Shown here piece by piece: positions 26,951-40,413 of a stretch of 64,000 nucleotides of DNA (the first letter of the stretch is position 1; every line of letters starts with the position of its first letter). Below the pieces are notes generated by a model. That model searched no databases. It was not told the origin of the DNA and was given only the letters and a program-made list of their open reading frames with translations. The stretch comes from Geosiphon pyriformis uo1 (Eukaryota > Fungi > Glomeromycota). Location of the stretch: assembly GCA_016748015.1 (NCBI GenBank), contig JAAOMT010000690.1, positions 310,001-374,000 of the forward strand, read 5' to 3'. The position numbers and the translations under genes were made by a program.

Positions 26951-29300
26951 TAAAGTGGGATCCCAGAAAAGCTTAAAAAGAAAGAAAATTCAAAAGTAAT
27001 TATACCAAGGGTACTGTCAGAGGCTTAAAGTGTTTAGAAAAAAAAAATCTTTCCTAAAAGTAAATTTCGCGAGGAATTTTCTTCGAGTTTTAGGGAATTT
27101 GGTAGAGATAAATTTAGGTTCTTGTCCCATTAAATTTATAGTTTTTAGAGGTTGTCCCTCAAAAAAATCTGATATTTTCGATTTCTAAAACCAATTTTTT
27201 CCCATTGTTCTGTAATAAGGCACAAGATTTTTTATCAGTGATCCTCACTAGACAAAAGAATACACATTTAAAAGGTCAGCTCACAGAAAATTAACGCGAA
27301 AAATAAAGCACATCACGAGTTTATCACCTTGTGTTTCAAAAGCCATGTGCAATATTTTCCATTAAAGTTTTATGCTTATAAAATTATTTAAGAAATTTAT
27401 TTAATAAAACACAGCCTTTTCATTACAAAAATATTTCCTTTTTTATGAATTATATAGAAAGAATAAGGTTCACATGAATTGAAAACAAGATCAAGTCTTA
27501 GCTCAGTCTTAAATAATTACCTTTTTCATACTCATAATACAAGAAAATTATGTAAAAATAGCACATAAACCCGTTTCAAGGAATTAGAACACACAAATAT
27601 CACTTATTGAATAAGTTAATTAATCATTGAAATACGTTTAGAGCAATTTGATGTGAACCAATAACATTGAGCTATTTTTTAAATTTTGAATTAGATCATC
27701 CTAATTTTTTTGATAAATATAAACCATATTTTTCTTTGTTTTTCATGAAATAAAGAATTATTTTTCTTAACTTTAAAAATCTCTTGATTATAAACTCTAA
27801 AAAATTTAATTAAAAATTTAAGTAATTGGGATTCAAAACAAAGAAATATGTATTAAGATTGTTTCACTAACCAAAAATATATTAAACCAAACATAATTTT
27901 TTCTTCTAATAAAGTTATCGAATTTATTTAAAATTTTTTGCTGTAACGTTAAGCTCTTTTGTTTTAAAATTGTTGTACCCCAGATTATATGTGATTCTAA
28001 ACCTAGCCTATGGTCTTTGATTTGCAACGCATATAAGAAACCAGGATTTTGGTAATAGCTACCACAAAAGAGCCTTTGTGTTTACGAGACTCAATTTAAG
28101 CTTTTCGATTAAACCTCCAAAATTTGTAATGTTTAATTTACCAAAACCAATAAAAATCAAGTCAATATATGTTTTTCACTCTGGATCCTTTAATTAAATA
28201 GATTGTAAGTAAAATGGATTTTAAAAAATTAAATTGGGAACGAATTTTGATAGAATTTAAAATTTAAAATTTTTTTTAGCATCTATGAATTCAAAGTTCA
28301 ATCGCATGTTTCCCTATGAGATGAGATAAGCCCGAGCCATGGTCTAGGCCTCATGAATACATATACGTTTAAGCTCTGGGATGATTGGAAATAATTTCTA
28401 CTCATAAATATTTTCAGTAGCCTGATGGGTATTTTTTAGAAACTTTGTTTCATATTTTTCTTGAAAGATTTCTTTATAAGGAATTACAAGAATTTTATTT
28501 TATCTTTTTAAATTAAGAGCATCAATTTCGATATTCCAAAGTAAAATTTTCTAAGCAACATTCAAAATGGTATTTGAAATGTTTGTTAATGTTTTATTAT
28601 TCAATTTGAGTTATCTCATTGTATATTTTGAGAATTAAATACTACCAATCTGTTCAAAAAGATAAATAGCAGGCTGAACCTTATTAAATTTTCAAGGCCA
28701 AACATATTGAAATATTCTGTCAAATTAAAATTAAAAATTCTTGGAAATAAAACAATTCTTTCTATGGATATCTTGTATTTTTCGCGGCATATATTTTTTG
28801 TAACTTATTCTAGTGGAATTATACCAAATCTTCTACTATTTTCCAATGCCATTTTTAAGATTCAAAAAACTGCTCAAATTTTTATAAAATAAAAAATTTT
28901 CTCAAAAGCTTTATATTTAATTACGTCTTGACTTAAGAAAAGGAAAGTTTATCATTACTTTATAAACTTCAAATTTTGTCTTTAATTTATAACGAGTGTA
29001 AAGGAGGAAATAGGCTTAAGATAAATATGTTATAGATTTCCCCCCAAGTCTTAGAAAATTTTAAAAAGTCGAATTTATGATGAAAGAAACTCATGCGTTT
29101 CGACCTGAAAATCAGCCAGCGTCATAAAAACAGTTGCAATCGCACACAAAAAAAATTCTCAAAATTTCAAATTATTTTTTATTTAAAATTATGAGACTTT
29201 TATTATTAATTACGGAAATACATACGACATTTATTTCAAACAAAAGACTGCGGAACTAATTAAGGTAAGCTTAGATAACAATTTTTTTCGCTACATCATA

Positions 29301-29415
29301 TATACAGAAAGTATCGTTATTTTACAACTTGGTAGTAATAATATTTTTATTTAAATTCAAAATACTTCGAATTTCACTCGAAAAAGATTTTCATATTCTT
29401 GTTCTTTACAGAAAA
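29301..29415 (+). repeat. Dispersed ~115-bp repeat, copy 2
   Basis: Colinear similarity to 12723-12838. Confidence 0.7.
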
Positions 29416-29867
29416 AAATAGTGAGGACAACATTTATAATTATTAGAAATTAAATGAATATCTAAAATTCCTTTTGTTATTTTTCCAATCTCTAATTCTT
29501 ATATAAAAAATGATGCGTACCAAAATTTTTGGTGTTCGATTTCTTCTGTGAGCCACTGTAAATCCTCTGCTATACTTAAAAATGTTAATAGCGAAAGGTA
29601 TTCATTAAATAAATACCAAAGGATGGAAAAGTCAATCACGAGATTGATCATGTTAACAGTCCCTGATCAACTCATAATTTGTGAGTCTAACAAATTAAGC
29701 AATATTGGGAGGCATATCTGGCAACAGGATATAAAAGGCTTCAACAAATATGGATCTTAAAGGCACTTAATTTTTTTTATTCTGTTTGATAATACATAAT
29801 GCGTATTCTATAAAATAATCTCCTAATAAAAGCCGGTATACGTTGTTTTCATCCCAGGCCCGCAAAG

Positions 29868-32565
29868 ATGCTTTGGAGAAATTTTAACCGTAAAACTTGC
29901 ATCAGCTTTGATATGTTGAATTTCCAATTTTGGGCGATAATTGAGAAATGATTTCAATTAATAGGTTACGTTTCGAAAATAGCGTTTTTTTCTCATGGAG
30001 TTGTTTTGCAACAAAAAAGATTTCTTGTATCAGGCATTTCCGCTGCAACACGATCTCTTAGAAACCCAATGTATCCGTTATTTCCCCCTTTATCTAAATT
30101 GATTATTCGAAGAAGCGTTACGTCTCTTGGCAAGACTCAAGGTATCTTAAAATCGAATCTCTGCTTCCAGTAATAAAGCCTTTTACTAATTAAATTGATT
30201 GAATTTTTAAATGTTTTAATCCAGGAAGATTGCTTATCCTAGGTATGAAATTTTAGATTTTCATAAACTTTGTTTGAATGACTTTCCCGCTTCTAATGTC
30301 ATTCATTATTGAATCATAGGTTCTGGATGGGCAGGTAAATTATTTGGTTCAATCTTAATAGCTTTTCGGTATAAAAATTTCTGATATTAAGCATTGTTTA
30401 TTTTTAGGATTCAAGCTTTTAAAAGATATGCCGACAAAATTTTATGAACTTGTCGTTATATCACCAAGGCAATTAATGCTCTAAATTTTAAAATCTGCAA
30501 TTTGAATATCAAAGAACGTCAAAATTTAACTGGTTGTTCTGTATTCCCTATCAGAAACTACTTTGTCTTCACACCGCTTCTCGCGAGCACTTCAGTTGGG
30601 ACTTTAGAATTTAGGTGTATAACAGAGCCTGTGAGAAAATTTTCGCCTAAAGTTTTATATTACCAGGCATATGCTGATACGATAGGTAAAATAAAAAAGT
30701 AAATCTTTTTACTTCAATCGCAGAGGAGTTATTAATTTATTTTCTTCTTTTAATTTCAAAGATTTTGATAAGCAATTAGTTTATTGCACATCCAATCTAG
30801 AAGACAAGCGTGATAAGTTCACAGTACCATATGATACCTTGGTCATAGCCGTGGGAGCGAACTCAAACACTTTTGGAATTCCTGGAGTTGGTGAACACGC
30901 ACTCTTCTTGAAAGATATTTCTGATGCTCGAAAAATTCGATCAAGAGTTATTGAATGCTTTGAACATGCCAGTCAACCTGATGTTTCAGAAGAAGATCAA
31001 TTAGGATTGCTACAGTTTGCTGTGATTGGAGGAGGGCCAACGGTAAAACAAATTAAATTTTGCTATGTACATGTAAATGGTTGTTAAAAATATTTTAAAA
31101 TTCTAATTTTTTAAATATTGTCTCCTCTCTTTATTATCACACACCATAGGGAATTGAATTTAGCGCCGAGCTGTACGTATCACCTTCTATGAAAATCTGA
31201 TGAAGCTTGGTTAATAATCAGGATTCATTATTAGCTACGATTTTATATCTGAAGATTTGACAAAATTATATCCATTGTTAATGACAAAAGTAAGTTGCAC
31301 TTCAAAATTACTGAAATTTTTAAGGACTATCGTCTTTCAATTTTTGCTCTTGCCATTTCTCGAATTTTTCTAGGTTAGGCTTGCAGTTTATGATATCGCA
31401 CCACAAATACTGGGGTCTTTTGATGTTGGTCTTCGTGATTATGCAACTAAAAAGTTCACCAGAAAGGGCATCTCTATTCGCACTGGTAGAACTGTACTGG
31501 AAGTTAAAAAGACCCATCTTGTTATAAAAGAGGACGGAGAGGTTTTGTTTTTCAAATCGTTCGAAAATTCCCGAGTAAGATCCTCACACAAATTATCTGA
31601 AATTTTAGGTGCCATATGGAATGGTTGTATGGGCAACAGGTAAGTTGGAAAACCATGAATCATTCTACAAAACAACAATTTATCTTCATAATGCGATAAA
31701 CTTCCGCAAGGTCTTACCGATAATCCTCTAACCAGAAGCATCGGAGACAGAATCATAAAAGATCAATCGGCGAAAAGGTATTTCTAAGAATAAGGGCTCT
31801 AATGTAGATTTAATAAAAAAACAAACCTTCGCTCTCTTTTCTTAGACTTTTAACTGACCCACGGCTAAGAATTTTAAAGAAAGACACTGGACTGCCCATG
31901 GCGAATGTGTAAGTTGTCTTTTTCATGTTGACCAACCGTTAATTTATTCACTCATTATCACTAGGTATGCAATTGGAGACTGTGCAACAATAAAAGATAA
32001 TGATCTTCCGGCTACAGCACAAGTCGCCAATCAAAAGGCGATGTATCTTCGCAAAGGTCGGGGGACATCAATAACTCTCTTAGTACGCAATTATTTGAAA
32101 CACTACTAATTGTATACCATCTTTTAGTTTTGGACGACCTTTCAAGAGATCCTAATGCTGACGTTAAACCGTTTGTCTTTCACAATCTCGGTTATTATTT
32201 TCTATGCACTCAATTTTTGGTTTCTATGTCAATTTACCAGGCTCTATTAATTAACATGCGGAAAACAATTTATTTAGGTGTCATGGCATACATTGGCAAG
32301 AAAGAAGGTAAAATTTCAAATCATCATGTTTTTCTCACTAACTTCGAACGTTCAATCTTACATTAATGAACCATATTTGTTTTAAAAAGCGCTTGTTGAC
32401 CTGACAAAAGTTGTGAGCCCCAAGGCCAAGGAATCAGGGGTTCTTGCTTGGCTATTGTGGCGATCGGTTTATTTCAGTTATACAGTTTCCCTTCGAAACA
32501 AGTTGCTGATACCAATGTATTGGTTTCTTACCTTTTTCTTTGGTCGTGATATCACCCGATTTTGA
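29868..32565 (+). CDS. Type II (alternative) NADH:ubiquinone oxidoreductase, NDE/NDI-like, very intron-rich
   Basis: Arg/Ser-rich mitochondrial-type leader [12 protein letters not shown]..., [74 protein letters not shown]-terminal GRDITRF-stop at 32563-32565. Confidence 0.92.
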
Positions 32566-32883
32566 CCAAATCGCCTTTATTTGGAAGAAGATTTTTAACC
32601 TTAGTATGCATTTCAGTCATATTTTTAGTTTGAAATGATATTTTATTTTGAAAACCGGACAGATATTAATCTTGTTACTTTTTAGAAGATTAATTCATTA
32701 ATATTTTATTTAATTTGGTTTTGGAATAGGCCAAAGTATAATTTCCGGTGACAATTTTTCAAACTTGTTATAGTGAGGAAAATATTTTTTCCTTGATAGC
32801 GTTTCTGTCTTGAAATGTCATTTTTATGAACTGGAGAATTAAATCTCTTAAAAATATTTGCTCAGCTTCACAGATCATATTCA

Positions 32884-34248
32884 TTATTCAGTTAAAAATA
32901 TTGCATCCACTATTTCTCTAGCAAGTATAGAAGCTTTTTCCGAACGACTACTTTGTTCAGCTATATATGCCCACCTGACAGCGGCATGTATATCCTGTTG
33001 CGTGCCCAGACCATCTTTGTAAAGTTTAGCTAGGTCAGCGCATCGTGAAGAAATGACAAGATCGTCTCTGGCAGATTTATAATAGCAAATAAAAGATTTC
33101 GCTGGATTTCGCAAAATACCTTTCCCAAACATATATGCATATCCCAATACAGCCATTCCTTTTAGACATCCATGAGCTGCAGATTTGCGGAGCCATAAAA
33201 CGGCAGTTTGCTTGTTCCAACTTGTGCCATCACCATACCAATAACATAGGCCAAAATGATATTGCCCCATGGGATATTCATTCTTTGCTGAGATTTCAAA
33301 CCATTTAAAAGCTTTTTCCAAATCTTGCACAGTTCCAATCGCTTTAGTGTAACACATTCCAAGGGCATTTTCACCTTCGGGACAATATCCAGACTCTACC
33401 GATTTCTGATAACAATTAAAAGCATCCTTGTGATTTTTTGCAAATCCCCATCCATTTTCAATCGATTTTCCTAATTCATACCAGCCATAAGAATCTCCTT
33501 TCCTTCTTGAATAACAGTCAAACCCACTAGCACCATATTTATTAAAACCTTGGATTACTTGACTAGCTTTTCTGCAGCCGTTTCTCGCGGCTACTTGATA
33601 AAAGTGAAATGCTGCATAATTGTCTATTCGAGTCCCAATTCCAGAATGATAACACAGTGCAAGGCCAAATTGTCCCAGCGGATCGTCTGAACAAGCGGAT
33701 AATTCGTAAAGCTTAAAAGCTTTTTCGTCATTTTTAAAAACGATGATTCCTTCAGAATAGTAAAAAGCCAGTTCGGATTGAGCAACAGAATACTCGTTTT
33801 TAGCAGCGGTATCATAAAATCTAATAGCTTTTTTTTCATTGTACTCTGCTCCTATTTCCCATAAATGAAAAAATCCCAGAAGAAATGCATACTCAGGTCG
33901 ATTTATCTCTGACCATAAAGTTTGCAACTTCTCAAATACTTGAACTTCGTCTCCATTATGATCATGAATCCAGTCTACCAATCGGCCAGCTATATGATGC
34001 CTTTCATATGTTGTACATCGAAGTTTTAAGTAAAATTGAACGAGGTTGTTGAAAAAACAAAGATTACTTTGTGCATTTTCGGTTAGACTTTGAATTTCGG
34101 ATGTTTTGGGGATATCCCCGTTTAAGTCTTTTTTTGGATCTGTAATATCAGGCTCTATGTGTTTCCTAGTTTTCGGGTTACTTTTTAGTCGATTAATGAG
34201 ATTCTTGATAAAAATTTTGCTCTTTTTTTGGAGAAATACATTAGCCAT
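32884..34248 (-). CDS. Sel1-like repeat protein, intronless, 454 aa
   Basis: Multiple AQxxLG/AxxYxxGxG...AFxxYxxSA units, e.g. GQFGLALCYHSGIGT, LEKAFKWFEISAKN. Confidence 0.93.
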   Translation of the reverse strand: MANVFLQKKSKIFIKNLINRLKSNPKTRKHIEPDITDPKKDLNGDIPKTSEIQSLTENAQSNLCFFNNLVQFYLKLRCTTYERHHIAGRLVDWIHDHNGDEVQVFEKLQTLWSEINRPEYAFLLGFFHLWEIGAEYNEKKAIRFYDTAAKNEYSVAQSELAFYYSEGIIVFKNDEKAFKLYELSACSDDPLGQFGLALCYHSGIGTRIDNYAAFHFYQVAARNGCRKASQVIQGFNKYGASGFDCYSRRKGDSYGWYELGKSIENGWGFAKNHKDAFNCYQKSVESGYCPEGENALGMCYTKAIGTVQDLEKAFKWFEISAKNEYPMGQYHFGLCYWYGDGTSWNKQTAVLWLRKSAAHGCLKGMAVLGYAYMFGKGILRNPAKSFICYYKSARDDLVISSRCADLAKLYKDGLGTQQDIHAAVRWAYIAEQSSRSEKASILAREIVDAIFLTE

Positions 34249-34731
34249 TTTGAAATATTGAGAGATATTTAGAAGACATTAATTAAATCAGGTGTTAGAA
34301 CGAATTGGGTTGGGTTCTAAATGCGATGTAATCAAGGGGCAAAAATCCTTGCAATTTCCTGCAGATGCAATTTCTAAACAAATATCCTGGCGCAAGTGCA
34401 ACCAATTAATTATCACGTGTTTGATATTCCGAAATATATATAATGTTTTTTTCTATGGTCCAATCTGCGTGATTGATATGATTTGAATTTTAGAAAAAAT
34501 AATGTCAATCGTAAAAATTAATCCACAATTTAATGAATTGTTTGAATGCATCCTTGAACAAAATCTCATTCATACTCTACTTTCGGTTTTGGGCCAATTT
34601 TTTGGGAAAAACAAAATAGAGAAATAGCTCATATAAAATAAGATTTTGAGCAATTATTTCAAATATCATTCATCATTCAGATAGATTTTGAAAATTGCAC
34701 AATTTTAAATGTTTAGATTCGCTGATTGATA

Positions 34732-35565
34732 CAGTTATGGCGGACAACTTTTTTTTTGGATTACATGATTTTTTTAAACACAAACCTAGGAGATTTTTTT
34801 ATTCAAAATACCTTAATACCAGTGTTATCAATATATAAAAAACTGATAAGTAGTATGGCCCCCTGCATCTATGCAAGCTTGAATGTGGACAAGCATGCTT
34901 CGAATATTAGTAAGTACAACCTCCTCTGGAAGGCTTGCCATTCTTTTTTACTAGTCCAATAAAACCTCTTGAGACGCAGTTTTTTTTGCCCCATTCATTT
35001 TACTTTCTCTTTTTTATGCTTTAAAACAGCCAAATATTCTCAAAGAGGTTGAGGTCTAGGCTATATAATGTCCATGGCAGAACACTATATGTAAATCTTG
35101 ATTGGAGGTCATCATGCACATTTTATCACAGGTGAGGAACATGTTTGGGCAGAATCGCAGCTTGTCCCGGATAGTTTATTTGGGACTTCCAACCCTGTGT
35201 GGATTTCATTGAGTGCTTTGATTTCGGCTGCCGTGACGGAATGATTCCTGCACGATTTTGCTGATCTGACGACGTTTGCGAGAAGTAGGCTTGTGAATGA
35301 AATTTACCCGTTTTTGGGAAGTAGTGGATAGTTTGGTGATTTTGGTTGTATTACGATGAAAATTGCGTCAAAAGTACTTAAACACTTCACGGTTGATTTT
35401 ATGGGGTTTAGAGTGCATTAGGTAGGTGACAAATGGGTGGCGGCAGGAATAAATTAGAGATTTGTGACATCAGGTAACCAAAAAATAACATTTACGGGTC
35501 GACCTTTTCTGCAAGGAGGTTCGTAACGCTAATGGTGTTACCACCATTACTTTCCGTCGGGACTG
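34732..35565 (-). mobile_element. Internally deleted, decayed Tc1/mariner element
   Basis: Minus-strand remnants: HTH-like VTAAEIKAL...TIRDKLR; VLPWTLYSP/DLNLFENIW (Tc1 WPxxSPDLNPIENxW); IRSMLVHIQACIDA/GGHTTY (Tc1 C-terminus). Right end reads TA-CAGTCCCGACGGAAAG on the minus strand. A degenerate left TIR TA-CAGTTATGGCGGACA lies at 34730. Confidence 0.75.
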
Positions 35566-36385
35566 TAATATCAATTACCAATGGCTGGGAAGGTAGATTT
35601 AAAAAATTTTGCTCTGCAGACAGTAATCAAAATAATATGAAATCGGATGCATTATCAAGAAATTGTTAAAGTCAAAGGTGAATTCCAAACAATTTTTGGT
35701 CAAAGCGGCCAAATTTTGATGAAATTGATTGTAAATGAACCAATTAATTATACCTTGTAAGCTAATCTAAATTTTTTAAAAATTAGGTGAAATATGGCTA
35801 AAAGAAAGCTTTTTACTGGGAATATAAAATATTTTTTCAAAAATTCAGTAGATTGTATTTTAAGCTTTAAAACACTGAAATCGCTTAATATCAATTTGTC
35901 CAAAGTTAATGAGATAATTTAATCTGTCAGGTGCAGTTTAAGAACAAAAAGATAGTAATTTTTTCTTTAATGTAACTGTTATTTATTTTTGATAAGACAT
36001 TCTTTCATCATTTCTAGACTTTCGTATATTTTTGAAAATTCATGGTAAATATTTTCCAGAACAGGGAAAGATTGCCTTGGATTTATCCCTTTCAATTAAA
36101 ATTTTCCATCAACTTTTGAATCCATTTCCAGCATCAAAATGTATTTTAGTTAAAATCTTAGCTCAAAATACCAAAATCTGGTTACATGAAGAATTTATAT
36201 TAATTGCAAATTGGCTCTTGGAGCAAAAAGAATAAAAAGTCAATTATTTGATGAGATTTTATTATCAGAGTTTGCCTTCTATATTCAAATTTATCCAAAG
36301 GAGTAACTCGGATTTGTAATATAAGAAATCTCCAAGTAAAATATCAGTTTAAACTTAAATAAGTGATATATTTTCGAGAACAGGA

Positions 36386-37189
36386 TCAGGAATTAAAAAT
36401 TTCTTGAATCGAATAGGGGTCAAAGTTAACTCCGTTTCGAAGAGCGAGCCGACTAACTTTTAACCCTTGATGCTTATCAACCAAAGTTCCACGACCAGAT
36501 AGATGATATTGTGCCAAAGCTTGAGATCCTAACGGTGAGCCTACCATTTGACTATTATTCTTTAACCAATGGAAGGCTTCAAGAACATTTTTCTTGACCC
36601 CAATTCCATTTTCATAACACCATAAAACCATTTCTATAGCGTCACTAAATCCAGCCTGAGCCGATTTTTTAATTAACTTGAATCCTTCTTCTTTTGATTC
36701 CGGACCAACAGGACATACTAAATACATTTTCCCTAGACGAAATTGGGCAATTGCCATATCGGCATCAGCAGCTTGTCGAAACCAATACCTAGCTTCTGCC
36801 AAGTCTTCAACAATGCCGATTCCACGTTGAAGAAAGCAACCAAGTTCTTGTTGACCCAGAGGATCATTATTTTCAGCGGCACGTTTGTACCATTTGTATG
36901 CTTCGTAACTGTGGTCACCCGATATTCCTACTTCACAAAGATTGAGAAATGCCAAAAGAGTCCAATAGCGTGGATTATCTTGATGGCTACTGACAATTTC
37001 GTAGACGTATTTCGGGAGGATTCTGTTTCTTGAGAGCCATTGCAAAATGTTAGTTTTGATCTCGTCGTCATATTTCCATTTTGCATTTCCTCCGATGAAT
37101 ATCTCCAAAACTTTTTCAATTATCTTTATATCATCATATTCTGATTTATTTGTATTTTCTGAAGTAGATATTTCAATATTTAGTGACAT
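36386..37189 (-). CDS. Sel1-like repeat protein, intronless, 267 aa
   Basis: AYKWYKRAAENNDPLGQQELGCFLQRGIG, ARYWFRQAADAD, AQFRLGKMY, CYENGIGVKKNVLEAFHW. Confidence 0.92.
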   Translation of the reverse strand: MSLNIEISTSENTNKSEYDDIKIIEKVLEIFIGGNAKWKYDDEIKTNILQWLSRNRILPKYVYEIVSSHQDNPRYWTLLAFLNLCEVGISGDHSYEAYKWYKRAAENNDPLGQQELGCFLQRGIGIVEDLAEARYWFRQAADADMAIAQFRLGKMYLVCPVGPESKEEGFKLIKKSAQAGFSDAIEMVLWCYENGIGVKKNVLEAFHWLKNNSQMVGSPLGSQALAQYHLSGRGTLVDKHQGLKVSRLALRNGVNFDPYSIQEIFNS

Positions 37190-38763
37190 TTTGTAAAGTT
37201 AACAAAAGGTTTCATAAAAAATAGAGCTCAGCCCACATTCTTTTGAGCTCATTTGCTGGTTTCACGAGTACACTTGTTAGTCTGAAAAAGGAATAAACTT
37301 GATTGATCATCAAAATTTTTAATTCATATCTATATGCATCAGTTGAAATATAAAATTTAATATTTTTAAGATAAAGCGATTATTTATTAATTTATCAATG
37401 GTGGGAAGAGTGATTTAAGGCTGCGAAAGAGGAAAGCTCAAATATCTTTATCAATTCATAAATTCGCGTGCAATTATTAAAACTCTTTTTCGTTTATGAT
37501 TTGGAGAATATGCATACTTTTTTCTCTACACGTCATTCTTGGTAACGATGTTCACAATAAAAGCTCGTGATCAAACGAAGTGACCCTGTCAATAAATATT
37601 GCTTTTCCGCTTTTTGGCAAAAGAAATTTTCTCATTCCTTTTAAGAAACCTGATGTTAATTTTTCGATGAGAGTGTGAGGAATATCTTATTCTTTGATTC
37701 TAAAGATGACCAGTGGCGATATAACTCATTCTCGGTTCCATCTGGCAGTTGGAAGTAAGTATGAATTTATTTATTTTCCAAATCTCTTGTTTTAATGACA
37801 CGTTCTTATAACCAACCGACTCAACCTGAAATAATATTTGAATTCGGTAACTCTAGAAAGTCCTACTAATATCGTAAAACAAATTCAATATGGATAATCT
37901 TTCACGATCCAAAAATAGTGTCGCTAAATCCAATCATTTTTATTACGATCCTTAGTATGCTTTAAACCAGGCTGCCAATTCCAATTACACCAATTTTTTC
38001 CCTCGTAACTTGTACGATTCGTTCGTTTTCTTCATTTTTATCCTCTTTCAATTTTGTCTTCTTGACAATAACTTTAAAATAGGTGTTTCCTTTCAACATT
38101 ATATTGTTCAATAATCCGTAAACAAAAAAGTTATTGGTCCCAAGACCTTCATCCTCATTTAGCCTTATTAAAACAATGTTTATTTTCCATCCAAATAACA
38201 CTTGATTAGATATAGCGCAATCATTTTTGCAGATATAGAATGCTATAGGCTGCAATTTTTATTATTTCCAAGTGGTCATATGTTCCTAACCCATCTTGAT
38301 CAAAAATTTGAATTTCATTTTACCACCCAATGTAAAAAAATCTTGATTTGCAGTTCTGAATTTGGGGGCCTTGAATCTGTACCAAGGGCTTCATAAAAGA
38401 ATTTTGTCAAAAATATGGTTGTAAAAACCTTTCCCTGAAACCAATTTTGAAAATTGTTATCTCTATTACCAAATAAATATATATTAACACTAATTTCAAA
38501 TATTTTGAGAAAAAAATGGTCCATAGCAATATGATCGGAATACATGTACAGTACCCTCAAAAATTTACCCAATTTGCATGTGTAATCATTTTTAAAAAAT
38601 CAAGAAATCAAGATATTAAGTTTTCTCAAATAAACTTACTTTTTACGCGCCAACATTATAATATCCTTTAACTAAAAAAGTGACATCCACTCGTACACAG
38701 CTAACGAAATTGAAAAAGGGAAGATTCTGGCATACATGGAAGCCATAAATACCGCTCAAAATC

Positions 38764-38951
38764 CAAAATAGAGGGATCAATTCATGAGGATAGGATGTAG
38801 CTTACAAGAATTCGAATCTATATTGAGATAGGATGCCTAATAAAGGATGAGCCGTTTGATGGGTAGATTGGGTACTTCATGAGGTAATGTATTAAATCCC
38901 CAAAATAGAGGGATCGATTTACGAGGATAGAATGTAGCTTACAAGAATTCG
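38764..38951 (+). repeat. Direct repeat of ~51 bp, two copies ~136 bp apart
   Basis: CCAAAATAGAGGGATCaATTcAtGAGGATAGgATGTAGCTTACAAGAATTCG occurs at ~38764 and ~38900 with four transition differences. Confidence 0.8.
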
Positions 38952-40413
38952 CAAAATTGGTGAGACGTAAACCCACAAAAATACACCACTTTATTGACAA
39001 ATACCAAAGAACAGGAAAAAGTAAAACTTACCACGTTCTAGAATACTACCGATTCTTAGCAACCACGAAAAAGATTTACTCGTATGTAAAGCCAAGAAAA
39101 AACGATTTCAAAAATTTAGCTGCAAAACTCTTGTTTCAGAAACACATACTTATATCCGTGTCAAGTGATATGAGGAAATAAAAATAAAAATTCTTACGAT
39201 TGGATGAATAAAAAAAATTAAATACGTAAAATAAAATTATGATTATTAAATGAATAGCAAATTTGTCAATTGAGAAGATTTAGAAGTTGTCGAAGGAAAA
39301 TACCCAAAAAATTAAAGTCTTTCCAAAGTCTGTGCTCAAACTTAAGACTGCGCTAAAGGAGGAATAGGGAGAAATTCAATGCCTCTGTTCTCGAAAAGGT
39401 TATTGCCTCGATGCCAAGCAGTATTAATGTAGAGCCGAAAAAGTATTAATTAGATATAATTTTTTTTGGTGTATTAATTGTTAAAAATAAAATAAAATAA
39501 AACAAATTTTCGCGTCTAACTTTGAATTGGGGGATTACTTTTTTGGGGGGGGGGGTTCTATAAAAATCTAATTTTATCTAATCTTCAGGGTTGAAAAGTG
39601 AATAGCTCGATAAGGGTGAGTAATCACAAACTCTTAAATTTAGTAAAAGTTCGGTAAATTGAAATCGAAAAAGCTTTTTCGTCAAGATTAAAATTATTCT
39701 TATCCATATAGAGTTTTTTTTTTATATGGTTTGAATTTTTAATTAACCCCCCGAATAATTTTCCCGAAAAGTTTTTTTTTTTTTTTGAAAGAATATAGAT
39801 TCATTATCGCAATATAAACAAGTGCCCCAGTTTCGAGATCTGGCAAAAATTTATTAATAAGAATAGTACGTGAATTAATATTCCAAAACATGTAAATGAT
39901 TTTCAAAGTGTTTACTATCTCAAACAGCGATAATCGTAGATTGCTTGAATTTTTCAAAGGTAAAGATAACTGATATTTGCCGCTCTTAGATTTTCAAATA
40001 CCCATAACACCAAAGTTACAATAATAATGATTTTTTCGTTAATAAAAATTGAAAAATTTTTTTTTTTCTAAAAGCAACCTATGAAAAAAATTTCACGAGT
40101 TCAAAAAAACGTAAAGAGTTACACTTGGAATGGATAGTGTGCACTTTTTTTTTTTTTTATATTGGTGGGTAATTTACGATAACTTTTAGTAAGAATAATT
40201 TTTCGGCAGGATAGAAACAAAATCTCATTTTACCCCAAGATTTTCATAAATCATTGTTTGGGACCTCCTTAAGAATGTGTTTCATCTAAAGATCCTCTCA
40301 AAAAATGACTTAAAAACCCTGATTTTCCGTTGAAAAAATATATTTAGTCATTGAGCGACATGAAAAGAGTCCGTTTCATTGGTTGTACTGATGGTTGTAA
40401 TTGTTACTGTTTT

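Noticed and set aside
30178-30190. U5 loop-like GCCTTTTAC
   Set aside because: Lies in a short intron next to the branch site, with no flanking stem or Sm site.
34851-34868. U6 snRNA-like TAGTATGGCCCCCTGC
   Set aside because: No ACAGAGA box or other U6 sequence; explained by the antisense of the Tc1 GGHT codons.
37705-37875. Possible small spliced gene (ATGACCAGT...GGAA|GTAAGT)
   Set aside because: Good donor, but no convincing downstream open exon or recognisable product.
38764-38951. CRISPR array
   Set aside because: Only two long imperfect repeats, a eukaryotic context and no cas genes.
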